A stretch of 64,000 bases of DNA. Origin: an uncultured Candidatus Saccharibacteria bacterium. Its GTDB lineage: Bacteria; Patescibacteriota; Saccharimonadia; Saccharimonadales; UBA10212. Each line of letters starts with the position of its first letter. The first letter of the stretch is position 1. Where the stretch lies: assembly GCA_965231085.1 (NCBI GenBank), contig OZ246413.1, positions 91,991 to 155,990 of the forward strand. Reading direction: 5' to 3'. The position numbers and the translations under genes are program-made. Shown one piece after another: positions 15,741-31,050 of the stretch. A model generated the notes under the pieces. It saw nothing but the letters and a program-made list of their open reading frames with translations. It searched no databases and was not told where the DNA came from.

Positions 15741-18649
15741 CACTTCTAATTATTTTTTTTGGCTTACTTTTCTTCATAGGAGTTGGGGCTTTTCTAGCTT
15801 TTATCTATCTTAGGAAACTATTTAGAGACCAAAAGAACTACGAGCGAGGGCTCAAGATGGTTCCGGTGCTAATTCATCTACCACCGCTTAGCGAAGATTC
15901 TGATTCAAAAGGGAGGGATGCTCGAGATATTGCTGACGAAAATATATCAAAAGCTCAAGTGTTGTACAGCATTCTTGCTAGCACCTTTCAGAAAGGCTTT
16001 AAGGCAAGATTTTATGGTCAGCGACACATAGGGCTGGAGGTTGTTGCCTCCAAAGGGGAAGTTAATTTTTATGCTGCTGTTCCAGTGCCACTTCTCAGCG
16101 TGGTCGAACAAGCAGTTGTTAGTGCCTACCCATCAGCAAGACTGGAAGAAGTGCCCGAGCACAACATTTTTAATCCAGTCGGTCGCATAGGGGGTACAGT
16201 GGGCGGCGAACTAACTCTAAAAGAGAGCTTTGCTTACCCAATATCGACATATCAAGATCTTAAAAGAGACACCATGCAGTCTTTATTGAATTCTCTGTCG
16301 ACCTTAACCAAAGATGACGGGGCAGGGATACAGATACTAATACGTGCTGCCGATAGTTCATGGAGAAAGAAGGCCGCAGAAGAGGTCAAAAAGAAGAAAG
16401 AGGGTAAAACAAAATCCAAGGGCTTTGATCTCTTGCTGTCCAACGCCGGTGATGTTTTTGGAGCATTAGTCAAACCGCCGGAGGCTAAGGACGAAACCAA
16501 AGCACCCCCTGAAGTATCATCTCTTGACCAATCAATCATCCAGGCCATAGAAGATAAGACTAAACAACCAGGCTATGAAGTTCTGATACGCGTGGTGGCT
16601 TCATCGAGTGTCACCCATCGAGCTCAAACAATACTTAACAACATGGTCGCTACCTTTTCTCTCTTTGATGCGCCAGGCCGAAACGGCTTTAAATTTCAAC
16701 CAGCTAAGGACGTAGAGTCATTTATAACGGCGTATATACTAAGATTCTTCCCACAGGAAAAGAATCTTAACATTCTTAACACCACGGAACTAGCGACATT
16801 GTTCCATTTTCCGGATCAAGAAAACATTCCAACCAGTCAGCTGGAACGTCAGGCGAGTAAACAGGTCGATGGGCCGCGCAATATGCCCGAAACCGGGCTC
16901 ATGCTGGGTTACAACGTGTTTAGGGGTGTTAAAAAAGCTATCAGGTTGGATCTCAATGATCGCAGAAGACACCTCTACATAGTCGGTCAGACCGGTACGG
17001 GTAAATCTGTTTTCATGGAGAACCTTGCTTTACAAGATATGTTGGACGGCAGAGGGTTTGCTTTTGTCGACCCTCACGGTGATACAGCCGAGAAGCTGCT
17101 TGCCATGGTGCCACAAGAAAGAACAGAAGATGTTATCTACTTCAGCCCAGCTGACATGGATTATCCCCTCGGGTTAAACTTATTCGAATTTAGTTCTCCT
17201 GATCAAAAAGATTTCTTGATACAAGAAACGATCAATATGCTTTATAAGTTGTATGATCCACAACATCAAGGGATAATGGGGCCGAGGTACGAACACCTTT
17301 TTCGTAATGCGGCGCTTGCCATCATGGCTGATCCAGAAGGCGGTACCTTCATTGATATTCCTAAGCTGTTCCGTGACCCCGCTTTTGTGGAACAAAAACT
17401 TAAGCATGTAACAGATCAAAACGTGTTAGAGTTCTGGCGCAAGGAAATGCCTCAAAGCCAGCGGTCGAATGAATTCGGCGAAGTAACCAGCTGGTTTGTC
17501 AGTAAATTCGGTGCCTTCTTATCTAACGAAATGATGCGCAATATCATTGGGCAGACAAAGAGCTCGTTTGATCTAAGAGATGTCATGGATAATAACAAAA
17601 TATTGCTTGTTAATCTTTCTAGGGGTAGAACGGGCGATTTAAACTCTAAGCTTCTGGGTATGATTTTCGTGATGAAGTTTCAGGCGGCAGCTATGAGCAG
17701 GGCCGATATGCCCGAAGAATACAGAAAAGATTTTTGTCTTTATGTGGATGAGTTTCAGAATTTCTCAACGGATTCGTTTGCCACTATTTTGAGCGAGGCA
17801 AGAAAGTATAGGCTTAATCTCATTGTTGCGAACCAATTCAGTACACAGCTAAGTGAAGAAATCAGAGATGCCGTCTTTGGTAATGTCGGTTCGATAGTCT
17901 CGTTTAGGGTAGGAACTAATGACGCTGAGTTCCTAGAGAAGCAGTTTGCGCCGGTTTTTGATATGGATGACTTACAGAGAATACCGAACGCCAACACCAT
18001 TGTAAGAATGTTAATTGGGGGAGTACCCGCTCAGCCTTTTAGTATGGCCACACTGCCTCCTCTGGGTAATCCGAACGCTCAGCTAGCGGACGCTCTTAAA
18101 CAACTGTCGGCAGCCAAATTTGGTAGGCCCAAGGCCCAGGTAGAAAAAGAGATCTTCGCTCGTCTAGAGACCAAAATCACTCAGCCACCAGGTATTGGTG
18201 GGGGGTTTGGAGCTTCAGCTAATCCATTCGCTCAAATACCGTCTTCAGCTGGCCAATGGCCAGCAAATTCGCAGTTTTCTGGCGCCGGGCTGGCTAGTCC
18301 GGCAGCAAGGCCCGCTAGTTCAATGCCAGCACCACCGATTATCCCTCAAAAAGCACCTCCTGGAGCTACAAGTTTCTTGGATGAGTGGCTTGCCAAAAGA
18401 AAAGGCGCTGTCCCAGGCGCTGCTTCAAGAGCGCCAACCGTTACTCCGAGCGCCCCTCCTCAATCTCCGCTTACCAGCTCTGTTTCACAAAGCCCCCAAA
18501 ACTTTACTCAGTCTCCTCAGCAATCGCCAGCTCCCACCCATCATGGTGAGCTAAAAATAAAGAGGGACATAGCTCCGGACTACCGTAACGACAGCGATTC
18601 TGACGTAGTTCGTATCGACCCCGATGGCAACCTTAGCTATAAACAGTAG
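15737..18649 (+). CDS. Membrane-anchored VirD4/TraD-like (type IV coupling protein family) ATPase with a long low-complexity tail
   Basis: 970 aa with an N-terminal TM helix and Walker A GQTGTGKS. The Walker B / TraG-D_C-like block is FCLYVDEFQNFSTDSFATILSEARKYRLNLIVANQ. The last ~190 aa are P/A/S/Q-rich. Confidence 0.72.
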   Translation: MTLLIIFFGLLFFIGVGAFLAFIYLRKLFRDQKNYERGLKMVPVLIHLPPLSEDSDSKGRDARDIADENISKAQVLYSILASTFQKGFKARFYGQRHIGLEVVASKGEVNFYAAVPVPLLSVVEQAVVSAYPSARLEEVPEHNIFNPVGRIGGTVGGELTLKESFAYPISTYQDLKRDTMQSLLNSLSTLTKDDGAGIQILIRAADSSWRKKAAEEVKKKKEGKTKSKGFDLLLSNAGDVFGALVKPPEAKDETKAPPEVSSLDQSIIQAIEDKTKQPGYEVLIRVVASSSVTHRAQTILNNMVATFSLFDAPGRNGFKFQPAKDVESFITAYILRFFPQEKNLNILNTTELATLFHFPDQENIPTSQLERQASKQVDGPRNMPETGLMLGYNVFRGVKKAIRLDLNDRRRHLYIVGQTGTGKSVFMENLALQDMLDGRGFAFVDPHGDTAEKLLAMVPQERTEDVIYFSPADMDYPLGLNLFEFSSPDQKDFLIQETINMLYKLYDPQHQGIMGPRYEHLFRNAALAIMADPEGGTFIDIPKLFRDPAFVEQKLKHVTDQNVLEFWRKEMPQSQRSNEFGEVTSWFVSKFGAFLSNEMMRNIIGQTKSSFDLRDVMDNNKILLVNLSRGRTGDLNSKLLGMIFVMKFQAAAMSRADMPEEYRKDFCLYVDEFQNFSTDSFATILSEARKYRLNLIVANQFSTQLSEEIRDAVFGNVGSIVSFRVGTNDAEFLEKQFAPVFDMDDLQRIPNANTIVRMLIGGVPAQPFSMATLPPLGNPNAQLADALKQLSAAKFGRPKAQVEKEIFARLETKITQPPGIGGGFGASANPFAQIPSSAGQWPANSQFSGAGLASPAARPASSMPAPPIIPQKAPPGATSFLDEWLAKRKGAVPGAASRAPTVTPSAPPQSPLTSSVSQSPQNFTQSPQQSPAPTHHGELKIKRDIAPDYRNDSDSDVVRIDPDGNLSYKQ

Positions 18650-18790
18650 GCCGCTAGACTATTTGTCTTTGGTACTTAACTTCGGTATAATTGTAGGTAT
18701 AAGGAGTGGGGCAAACGAACTATAGAAAGTTTTGCCCGCTTTTAATGTAAGTGGTAACTTATAAAAGCTAAAATGAGGGTAATTATCTAA

Positions 18791-20752
18791 GTGTCAAAAC
18801 CAAAAGATCAGTCGTATGACTCCAGTCAAATTCAGGTTCTAGAAGGTCTTGAGCCTGTCCGCAAAAGACCGGGAATGTACATCGGTAGCACAGGTTACGA
18901 CGGTTTGCATCACACCATAAAAGAGCTAGCTGATAACTCGATTGACGAAGTTATAGCTGGTTTTGCCACTGAGGTTAAAGTTATTATTCACGAGGACGGA
19001 AGTGCTAGTGTTGGTGATAACGGACGTGGTATCCCCGTAGACACACACCCTAAAACTGGAAAGAGCACCCTAGAAACAGTTTTAACTGTTCTGCATGCTG
19101 GCGGTAAGTTCGGTAGCGGAGGCTACAAAGTCAGTAGTGGTCTGCACGGTGTTGGCTCTAGTGTGGTTAATGCTTTATCAACCAAACTAATCGCAGAAGT
19201 CAAACGAGATGGCTACAAGTGGTCGCAGGAGTACGCCATAGGTGTGCCGCAGGGCGATATTAAAAAAGGCGACAAAAGCGACGAAACCGGTACAATCATT
19301 CGTTTCTATCCTGACGGCTCTATTTTTGAAACTACTACCTTTGACTATCAATGGGTAGTCAACTACCTAAGACATCAATCTTACCTAACAAAAGGCGTAA
19401 AAACTTCTGTAGTTGATGAGAGAACAGGCGAGTCTTATTCTTTCTACTTTGAAGGAGGAATACAGTCCTATGTTAGGCATCTAAACTATGGCAAAGAACC
19501 AGTCGATGATGACATTTTCTATGTAGAAAAAGAAGTCAAAGAAGCCATGGTTGAGATTTCTCTTCAGTACAATGATACTTTTTCAGAAACTGTTATGGCG
19601 TTCGCTAACAACGTGTTTAACCCTGATGGGGGGACACATCTAACAGGGTTTAAGACCTCCCTTACTCGGGTTATTAATGATTACGCTCGGAAATCTGGCC
19701 TACTCAAAGAAAAGGAAGAGAACTTATCGGGCGAGGACTGCAGAGAGGGCTTAACTGCTGTCATCCTGGTGAAAATCCCAGACCCACAGTTTGAAGGCCA
19801 AACAAAGAATAAGCTTGGCAACACTGAAGTAAGGGGTTATGTCGAGCAAGTAATGAACGAATGGTTCACTTATTATCTTGAAGAACACCCGAGTGTTGCT
19901 AGAAAAATTATTAACAAAGCCTTGCTTGCTGCCAGAGCCCGCAAAGCAGCCCGGGCAGCCCGGGACAACATAATCCGAAAGGGTGCTCTGGAAGGCGCCA
20001 GCTTACCGGGGAAATTAGCCGACTGTGCGACTAAGGATCGTTCTCAGGCCGAGCTATTTATCGTTGAGGGTCAATCAGCCGGTGGTAGCGCTAAGGATGG
20101 CCGCAATAGCTACTATCAAGCCATTCTGCCGTTAAGAGGTAAAGTTCTAAACGTTGAGAGAGCGCGTCTGGATAAGATGCTTGCCAACCAGGAAATCTTA
20201 AATCTTATTAAGGCTCTTGGGGTTGGCATCGAAGACCAATTTGATATGTCGGGCCTCAGATATGAAAGAATCATTATCATGACCGATGCCGACGTCGATG
20301 GGTCGCATATTCGTACTCTGTTAATGACGCTTTTGTTCCGCCATATGCGCCCAATACTAGAGGGCGGGCACGTATATGCTGCACAGCCACCACTATTCGC
20401 GATTACTTCTGGTAAGCAAAAAACCTATGCTTATACCGAGGAAGAGCGTGACGCCATTATCGATAAACTAATCAAAGACAGAACAGCAAAAGGAATTAAA
20501 ATTAATAAAAACGAAGATCGTATTAAGCAAGCAGGCGTCTCGATTAGTCGCTATAAGGGTCTTGGTGAAATGGATGCCGAACAATTATGGGACACAACCA
20601 TGAATCCGGAAAACAGAGTTTTAGTTCAAGTCAAAATAGACGATGCTGAAAAAGCTGACGCTATATTCTCCAAGTTAATGGGGACAGAGGTTGAAATGCG
20701 AAAGAACTTTATTCAGTCACGAGCAAAATTCGTAAAGGATTTGGATATTTAA
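18791..20752 (+). CDS. gyrB: DNA gyrase subunit B
   Basis: [17 protein letters not shown], the GHKL ATPase and Toprim motifs (EGDSAGGSAK-like [19 protein letters not shown]). GTG start. Confidence 0.97.
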   Translation: MSKPKDQSYDSSQIQVLEGLEPVRKRPGMYIGSTGYDGLHHTIKELADNSIDEVIAGFATEVKVIIHEDGSASVGDNGRGIPVDTHPKTGKSTLETVLTVLHAGGKFGSGGYKVSSGLHGVGSSVVNALSTKLIAEVKRDGYKWSQEYAIGVPQGDIKKGDKSDETGTIIRFYPDGSIFETTTFDYQWVVNYLRHQSYLTKGVKTSVVDERTGESYSFYFEGGIQSYVRHLNYGKEPVDDDIFYVEKEVKEAMVEISLQYNDTFSETVMAFANNVFNPDGGTHLTGFKTSLTRVINDYARKSGLLKEKEENLSGEDCREGLTAVILVKIPDPQFEGQTKNKLGNTEVRGYVEQVMNEWFTYYLEEHPSVARKIINKALLAARARKAARAARDNIIRKGALEGASLPGKLADCATKDRSQAELFIVEGQSAGGSAKDGRNSYYQAILPLRGKVLNVERARLDKMLANQEILNLIKALGVGIEDQFDMSGLRYERIIIMTDADVDGSHIRTLLMTLLFRHMRPILEGGHVYAAQPPLFAITSGKQKTYAYTEEERDAIIDKLIKDRTAKGIKINKNEDRIKQAGVSISRYKGLGEMDAEQLWDTTMNPENRVLVQVKIDDAEKADAIFSKLMGTEVEMRKNFIQSRAKFVKDLDI

Positions 20753-20753
20753 A

Positions 20754-23303
20754 ATGGACGATAGAACAAAGCAGCACTTACCAACGGCCGATGACCACTC
20801 TAAGACGGTTCTGAATAGATCCGTCGAGAACGAGATGGAGACTAGCTACCTACAGTACTCAATGAGTGTTATTGTCGCTCGAGCCTTGCCGGATGTAAGA
20901 GACGGCTTAAAGCCAGTACACCGACGAATATTGTATGTAATGAATAGAAATGGCCTGACTAGCGGATCGAAACACACTAAGAGTGCCCAGATAGTTGGAG
21001 ATGTTATGGGTAAGTTCCACCCACACGGCGATACAGCTATTTATGATTCTATGGTGCGTTTAGCACAACCTTTTGCCACAAGATATCCGCTTGTCGACGG
21101 ACAAGGGAACTTCGGGTCAATGGACGGTGACCCACCAGCCGCTTATCGATACACAGAAGCCAGAATGACTAAAGCTAGCGAAGCCCTGCTTGATGATATC
21201 GAGAAAGAGACAGTACCATTCCGCGATAACTTTGATGGCTCACAACAGGAACCAGAAGTTTTACCGGCAAAATTACCAAACCTATTACTTAATGGGCAGG
21301 TTGGTATTGCCGTTGGTATGGCAACAAACATACCTCCGCATAACCTGAACGAGTTGGTTGATGCAACTATCGTTCAGATCGACAATCCCGAAGCGACTCT
21401 TGACGATCTTATGGAGCACGTTAAGGGACCTGACTTCCCAACGGGGGCCGTAGTTTATGGAAGGGAATCAATCAGAACGGCGTTTGCAACCGGAAGAGGC
21501 GGCGTTGTGGTGCGGGGTGTTGCCGATATCGAGGAGGCATCCAAGGGTCGCCACCGAATAGTTATAACCGAAATCCCATATGCGGTTAATAAAGCTGGTC
21601 TTGTAGAGAAGATAGCCGATCTAGTTCGTGACAAAAAGATTAGTGGCATTAGTGATATTAGAGACGAAAGTTCAAGAGGCTCTGTACGAATCGTTATCGA
21701 TCTCAAAAAAGACGCCTATCCTAAAAAACTCCTTAATCAGTTATACAAATTGACTCCTCTCCAGACTGCCTTTCACTACAACATGCTTGCTCTTATTGAT
21801 GGCATACAACCAAGGGTGCTGGGTCTGCAGGATATTATCGTTGAATATATCAAACACAGACAGCTTGTAGTGCGCAAACGAACTGAATATGAATTACGTA
21901 AAGCACAAGACCGCGCTCACGTATTAGAGGGCCTCAAAATAGCTCTAGACCATATTGACGAGGTCATAAAGACTATTCGTGCTAGCCAAACAAGCGAAGA
22001 AGCCCAAGAGAATCTAATAAAGCAGTTCAAATTATCAGAAATCCAAGCCAAGGCTATACTTGCTATGCAACTTCGAACCCTTGCTGGCCTCGAGCGTAAG
22101 AAAATTGAAGACGAACTTGCCGAACTAATGAAGTTAATCGAAACATTACAAAGCATCTTGGCTGATGAAAAAAAGATACTCAAGATAATTAAGGACGAAT
22201 TGCTTGAAATGAAGAAGCAATTTGGTGATGAGCGGCGTACAAAAATAGTCGCGCAAGAGCTAGGCAAGTTAAGCGATGAAGATTTAGTCCCAGACGAACA
22301 AGTAGTTGTAACTCTAACATCAGCTAACTATATCAAGCGAACATCAGTAGCCGATTACAAGAGACAGGGTCGTGGTGGCAAGGGCCGACGCGGAATGGCG
22401 ACTCGAGACGAAGATGTTATTGAACATGTAGTAAATTCTTCAACACACGACTATCTTTTGTTCTTCACAAACAAAGGAAGGGTCTTCAGGATCAAGACCT
22501 ATGAAGTCCCAGCAGTTGGCTTGAATGCGAAGGGCGTCGCGGTTGTCAATTTGCTACAACTACAGCCTGAGGAAATAGTTAGTTCAGTAATAAATATCGG
22601 CAAGGATGTTTCAGAAAAGCACTTACTTATGTGTACTAAAAAAGGGGTAGTCAAGAAAACTCCTTTTGAGCAGTATAAGAATGTGCGAACCTCTGGCCTT
22701 ATTGCAATTAAGTTAGACGAGGGCGACGAGTTAAAGTGGATCAGGTCCACTAGCGGCGAAAACGAAGTCATAATTTCAACCAGCCAGGGTCAGGCTATAC
22801 GCTTCCACGAGAAAGACGCTCGTCCGATGGGTCGCGCCTCCCGGGGCGTTAGGGGTATAAGACTTCGAGCCGGTGATCAGGTGATAGGCATGGACATAGT
22901 TGAGGAGAACTCGTCGATATTCGTTATAAGCGAATATGGTTACGGCAAGCGTACTAAGGTTAGTCAATTTACCCCTCACGCACGTGGTGGTGTTGGTATT
23001 CGATCGGCTGTTGTTAATGCCAAAACCGGTAAGCTCGTATCAGTTAAATCATTAAGCGGTGATGAAGGCCAGGAAGTGATTATCATATCAACCTCGGGGC
23101 AGACTATTAGGCTGGGCTTAAAGAATATTCCTGAACTTGGCCGAGCCACCCAGGGAGTTAGGATTATGAGGCTAAATGACGGCGACAGCGTAGCCTCATT
23201 GGCCCTTGTAGATAAGCAGCAAGAGAGCGAAGAGTCCGATGATCCAGAAGGGTTGGACGCAAGCACCGAACCCGAGCAATCTAGTGAGCCAGAAAAAGCC
23301 TAA
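20754..23303 (+). CDS. gyrA: DNA gyrase subunit A
   Basis: [20 protein letters not shown], the [10 protein letters not shown] active-site Tyr region and a C-terminal beta-pinwheel with an acidic tail. Confidence 0.97.
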   Translation: MDDRTKQHLPTADDHSKTVLNRSVENEMETSYLQYSMSVIVARALPDVRDGLKPVHRRILYVMNRNGLTSGSKHTKSAQIVGDVMGKFHPHGDTAIYDSMVRLAQPFATRYPLVDGQGNFGSMDGDPPAAYRYTEARMTKASEALLDDIEKETVPFRDNFDGSQQEPEVLPAKLPNLLLNGQVGIAVGMATNIPPHNLNELVDATIVQIDNPEATLDDLMEHVKGPDFPTGAVVYGRESIRTAFATGRGGVVVRGVADIEEASKGRHRIVITEIPYAVNKAGLVEKIADLVRDKKISGISDIRDESSRGSVRIVIDLKKDAYPKKLLNQLYKLTPLQTAFHYNMLALIDGIQPRVLGLQDIIVEYIKHRQLVVRKRTEYELRKAQDRAHVLEGLKIALDHIDEVIKTIRASQTSEEAQENLIKQFKLSEIQAKAILAMQLRTLAGLERKKIEDELAELMKLIETLQSILADEKKILKIIKDELLEMKKQFGDERRTKIVAQELGKLSDEDLVPDEQVVVTLTSANYIKRTSVADYKRQGRGGKGRRGMATRDEDVIEHVVNSSTHDYLLFFTNKGRVFRIKTYEVPAVGLNAKGVAVVNLLQLQPEEIVSSVINIGKDVSEKHLLMCTKKGVVKKTPFEQYKNVRTSGLIAIKLDEGDELKWIRSTSGENEVIISTSQGQAIRFHEKDARPMGRASRGVRGIRLRAGDQVIGMDIVEENSSIFVISEYGYGKRTKVSQFTPHARGGVGIRSAVVNAKTGKLVSVKSLSGDEGQEVIIISTSGQTIRLGLKNIPELGRATQGVRIMRLNDGDSVASLALVDKQQESEESDDPEGLDASTEPEQSSEPEKA

Positions 23304-23312
23304 AATAAACGA

Positions 23313-23342
23313 TTGACACTACTGTAATCATTGGGGTATATT
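23313..23342 (+). promoter_or_regulatory. Putative sigma70-type promoter of the 16S rRNA gene
   Basis: TTGACA (23313..23318), an 18-nt spacer, then TATATT (23337..23342), about 110 nt upstream of the 16S 5' end. Confidence 0.4.
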
Positions 23343-23452
23343 GAATGAAGATTTTTTGGGGTCTAGTTTAATGTGCTCTCAAAAATGTCCATTGAAAATT
23401 GAATAGTGCAAATCAACGTCAGTTCGAAAATCTGAAGTTAATATCAGATTCT

Positions 23453-25013
<1,561 letters not shown>

Positions 25014-25294
25014 AGGGAGAAACTAGCATTAAGGCAGAGCAATCTACTTAAGAGCTAGGTCGATCTCGATAAGTTTTACCAGTACTGAAAACTTATTTTC
25101 CCCGCACTTACGATGCAGTAAAGTTCCTACCGGACTTTAACTGTTATCAAACAAAGTCTCTAGTAAATAGATTTTGTCAAAGCTGCAGTCACAATAACGT
25201 TAGTTATTGTCTGTATCGTAAGTGCGGGGCGGGAAACAGTACTAACAATCATTGGCTGACGTTGAGATGCACTATTCAGAGTTCAATAAAAGAC

Positions 25295-25324
25295 ACCCGT
25301 CTAGGTATAGGCGGGTTGTTTTTT
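25295..25324 (+). terminator. Terminator-like hairpin between the 16S gene and tRNA-Ile
   Basis: 9-bp stem acccgtcta/tataggcgggt (one G-U pair), loop ggta, then tgttttttat. Confidence 0.45.
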
Positions 25325-25371
25325 ATAGGGGTATTGAGGTACAATAACTCCGTTACAAATCCCAATAACAG

Positions 25372-25448
25372 GGGGCTATAGCTCAGCTGGTTAGAGCGCG
25401 TCACTGATAATGACGAGGTCTGTGGTTCGAGTCCACATAGCCCCACCA
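25372..25448 (+). tRNA. tRNA-Ile (anticodon GAU), CCA encoded
   Basis: ggggcta...cgtca-ctGATaa-tgacg...tgtgg-ttcgagt-ccaca-tagcccc-a-cca. Confidence 0.95.
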
Positions 25449-25468
25449 CGTGCTAAGATTTAAATTAC

Positions 25469-25545
25469 GGGGACATAGCTCAGCTGGCTAGAGCACCTGC
25501 TTTGCAAGCAGGGGGTCCGGGGTTCGAATCCCCGTGTCTCCACCA
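25469..25545 (+). tRNA. tRNA-Ala (anticodon UGC), CCA encoded
   Basis: ggggaca...cctgc-ttTGCaa-gcagg...cgggg-ttcgaat-ccccg-tgtctcc-a-cca. The G3-U70 identity pair is present. Confidence 0.95.
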
Positions 25546-25578
25546 TCATGGTAATGGTTATCATTACCGAATATCTAA

Positions 25579-25607
25579 AACGACCTCTATAGACGCGGTC
25601 GTTTTTT
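25579..25607 (+). terminator. Intrinsic terminator after tRNA-Ala
   Basis: Stem aacgacc/ggtcgtt, an 11-nt loop, then tttttt. Confidence 0.6.
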
Positions 25608-25671
25608 GTTTGTCCGGACATCTACCTAATACATCTGTTGGCACGGGGTTCGTTCCCGCTTCGTGTCTTTT

Positions 25672-26235
25672 CTACGAGAAGATTTTATGGAGCTCGGCTG
25701 TCGTTAAGCCACAATCTGAAGCCGTTTTGGCTATCAAGGCCAGAATGGACGCGACATCTTTTACTGCGCCTAATCCCGACTTCACTTTATCTATGAACTT
25801 ACGCTCCTTTGACCCTGGGTTGAAGGAGTTCTGCTTTGTGGCAAGTATGTCGGTTATGTCGACTATGAGTGTTTGAGTAACAGCAACCTCTTGGGTTACA
25901 GTGACTTGGTTTGTGGGCGAGTGCGATGGTGCGTAATGCGGTTCTTTTTCCTTCAAGTAAGAAGCTCCAAGCCACGCAACTAAACCACTGGCCGAAGTTT
26001 TTAGGTCGATTGTGCTAGCGGTTCTTTCTTGAGGGTTGTAGTTCTGTATATACGGAAGAAATCTATTTAGATCTTCCTGCAACAGGCTCGATAGGCTGGA
26101 AACTATATGTTCGTATTGCGTAACCGGACCGTTATATATCCGATCCGAGGCACTGGGCTCTCCAAGCCCGTATAGCAAACCCCGAAGTTCTTCATATAAG
26201 GCATTTACTTTACTGTAGATTGCTTCTTCTTCCAT
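25672..26235 (-). CDS. Hypothetical protein (187 aa) inside the rRNA spacer, antisense to the rRNA genes
   Basis: An intact ORF for which I recognise no family. It is predicted to be helical. Confidence 0.5.
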   Translation of the reverse strand: MEEEAIYSKVNALYEELRGLLYGLGEPSASDRIYNGPVTQYEHIVSSLSSLLQEDLNRFLPYIQNYNPQERTASTIDLKTSASGLVAWLGASYLKEKEPHYAPSHSPTNQVTVTQEVAVTQTLIVDITDILATKQNSFNPGSKERKFIDKVKSGLGAVKDVASILALIAKTASDCGLTTAELHKIFS

Positions 26236-26269
26236 TTCTTATATTATATAGCCTTTCAATTAATAGTCA

Positions 26270-26617
26270 TCATCGTGTAAGGCTTGGCCTTAAGACATAT
26301 CTTCCGTGCCCGACTCTTAGGTACTTCGAGTTCGGCCCCATGGAGTTGGCGCTCAGGCACTGCTTGATGGTGCCCCAGACGATCGGATGACCTAGTCTCT
26401 GCTCGCAGGCCAGGTGAATCTCCTTGGCCCTCATGGCTCCGACGGAGCCAGAGAGTACCTCGTACACGGTCTGATAGATCTCGCCAGGGCGGGGCTTTAC
26501 GGCTGCCGGCTTGATCTCTGAGCTGGTCTTGGCCAGTAGACCAGACACTCGTTTCGTGCTATCTTGAATCTCAAGTTCTACTCGAGGGTTCGAAAGTGCC
26601 CCCATTAGTTCCACCAT
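26270..26617 (-). CDS. Small winged-helix (HARE-HTH-like) DNA-binding protein, G+C-rich
   Basis: 115 aa. EIYQTVYEVL...MRAKEIHLACEQRLGHPIVWGTIKQCL...YLRVGHGRYVL resembles wHTH domains that end in RVGRGxYxL. Hand-counted G+C is 58-63 percent in the lines covering 26341..26520. Confidence 0.5.
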   Translation of the reverse strand: MVELMGALSNPRVELEIQDSTKRVSGLLAKTSSEIKPAAVKPRPGEIYQTVYEVLSGSVGAMRAKEIHLACEQRLGHPIVWGTIKQCLSANSMGPNSKYLRVGHGRYVLRPSLTR

Positions 26618-27009
26618 AAAAAGGACTTCTCAAAACGAAGTCTTTTTTAGTTTTAGGCCTACCTTATGCTAAAAGATGAATTACTTAGGGGCTAAATCGT
26701 AGAGTTTTTGACATTAGTTTTAGCTTTACAACCCCTGTTAATCTTGCTAAGATTACAGCTGAAGTTTGAGTGCGGCCAGTCGGCCAGTTGAGGGAAAATC
26801 ACAACGGCTAGTCCTCTGGGCTTACTCAAACACTCTTTTGCCAACAATCTATTGATTATCGGTGGAGTGAGTTAGCTTGCAACCTTAACAATTAATCGCA
26901 AAACATGAGAAAGCAAATGACAGACAGCGAATTGGTGAAAACCAATAGCTAGTCAATTGCACAATTAACCGACTCTAGTAAGTCTTTAGATTTACTAGGG
27001 TTGATATCG

Positions 27010-30366
<3,357 letters not shown>

Positions 30367-30646
30367 GAACCAGAATATGTACGCCCGTTAAACGGTGTGC
30401 GTTTTCTGGGAAGAGTGCATTGACTAGCTTTTGGTGATCATCTATACTCACTTAACAACAGTTAAAAGAGATAGTTGGCTCACAAAGTTGTTTGCTTAAC
30501 AACATGTAGTGCGATTAAACACGTGCATTTGGTTGCCGATGCAGCCAAGCCTTCCCCCATCGGGATGAGTAGCCCGACAAAATGTATTCCATTTTGCCGG
30601 CGCGATGAGAAAACCCCCGAAGGGGCTTCTCATAAGGCTTTGCCGC

Positions 30647-30760
30647 ATCGGTGCCCATGGCGCTGGGGAAACACCTGTTACCATTCCGAACACAGCAGTT
30701 AAGCCCAGCAGCGGTTACAATACTTGGGTTTTAGCCCTGGGAAAATAGCACGGTGCCGAA
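30647..30760 (+). rRNA. rrf: 5S ribosomal RNA
   Basis: Helix I pairs tcggtgcc with ggtgccga. The internal ccattccgaacacagcagttaagc matches the conserved 5S loop B/C region. Confidence 0.85.
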
Positions 30761-30769
30761 TTATAGTGA

Positions 30770-30795
30770 AGCCCTCCGATAAGGAGGGCTTTTCT
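30770..30795 (+). terminator. Intrinsic terminator after the 5S gene
   Basis: agccctcc-gataa-ggagggct followed by tttt. Confidence 0.65.
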
Positions 30796-31021
30796 CTTAT
30801 TATCAAGATTTTATTACGCGATTATTTACAGCAGGCTGTGGATAAACATAAACATAATTGTAATGTAAACAACAGTTAGAATAAATAATTAACTCAGCAT
30901 ACAATCCTCTCCTTACACCCCCTATATAGGATTAATTGACATATAACGTTATAAAAAAGTCTACAAAATATAGATAAATTAAACCGGACAACTAACTCCT
31001 TAAAAGTCACGGTTTTTCTCC

Positions 31022-31050
31022 TTGACTCTGTCACGCTAAATAACCATAAT
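31022..31050 (+). promoter_or_regulatory. Putative sigma70 promoter of giant gene 1
   Basis: TTGACT (31022..31027), a 17-nt spacer, then CATAAT (31045..31050). The same hexamers and spacing recur upstream of giant gene 2. Confidence 0.55.

Noticed and set aside
25640-25668. A degenerate copy of the tRNA-Ala T-arm and acceptor (cggggttcg...tgtct) as an att site for the spacer cassette.
   Set aside because: Only 9 plus 5 nt match, with indels. It lies just 95 nt from the tRNA and on the wrong side to bracket the two ORFs. The match is too weak to call.
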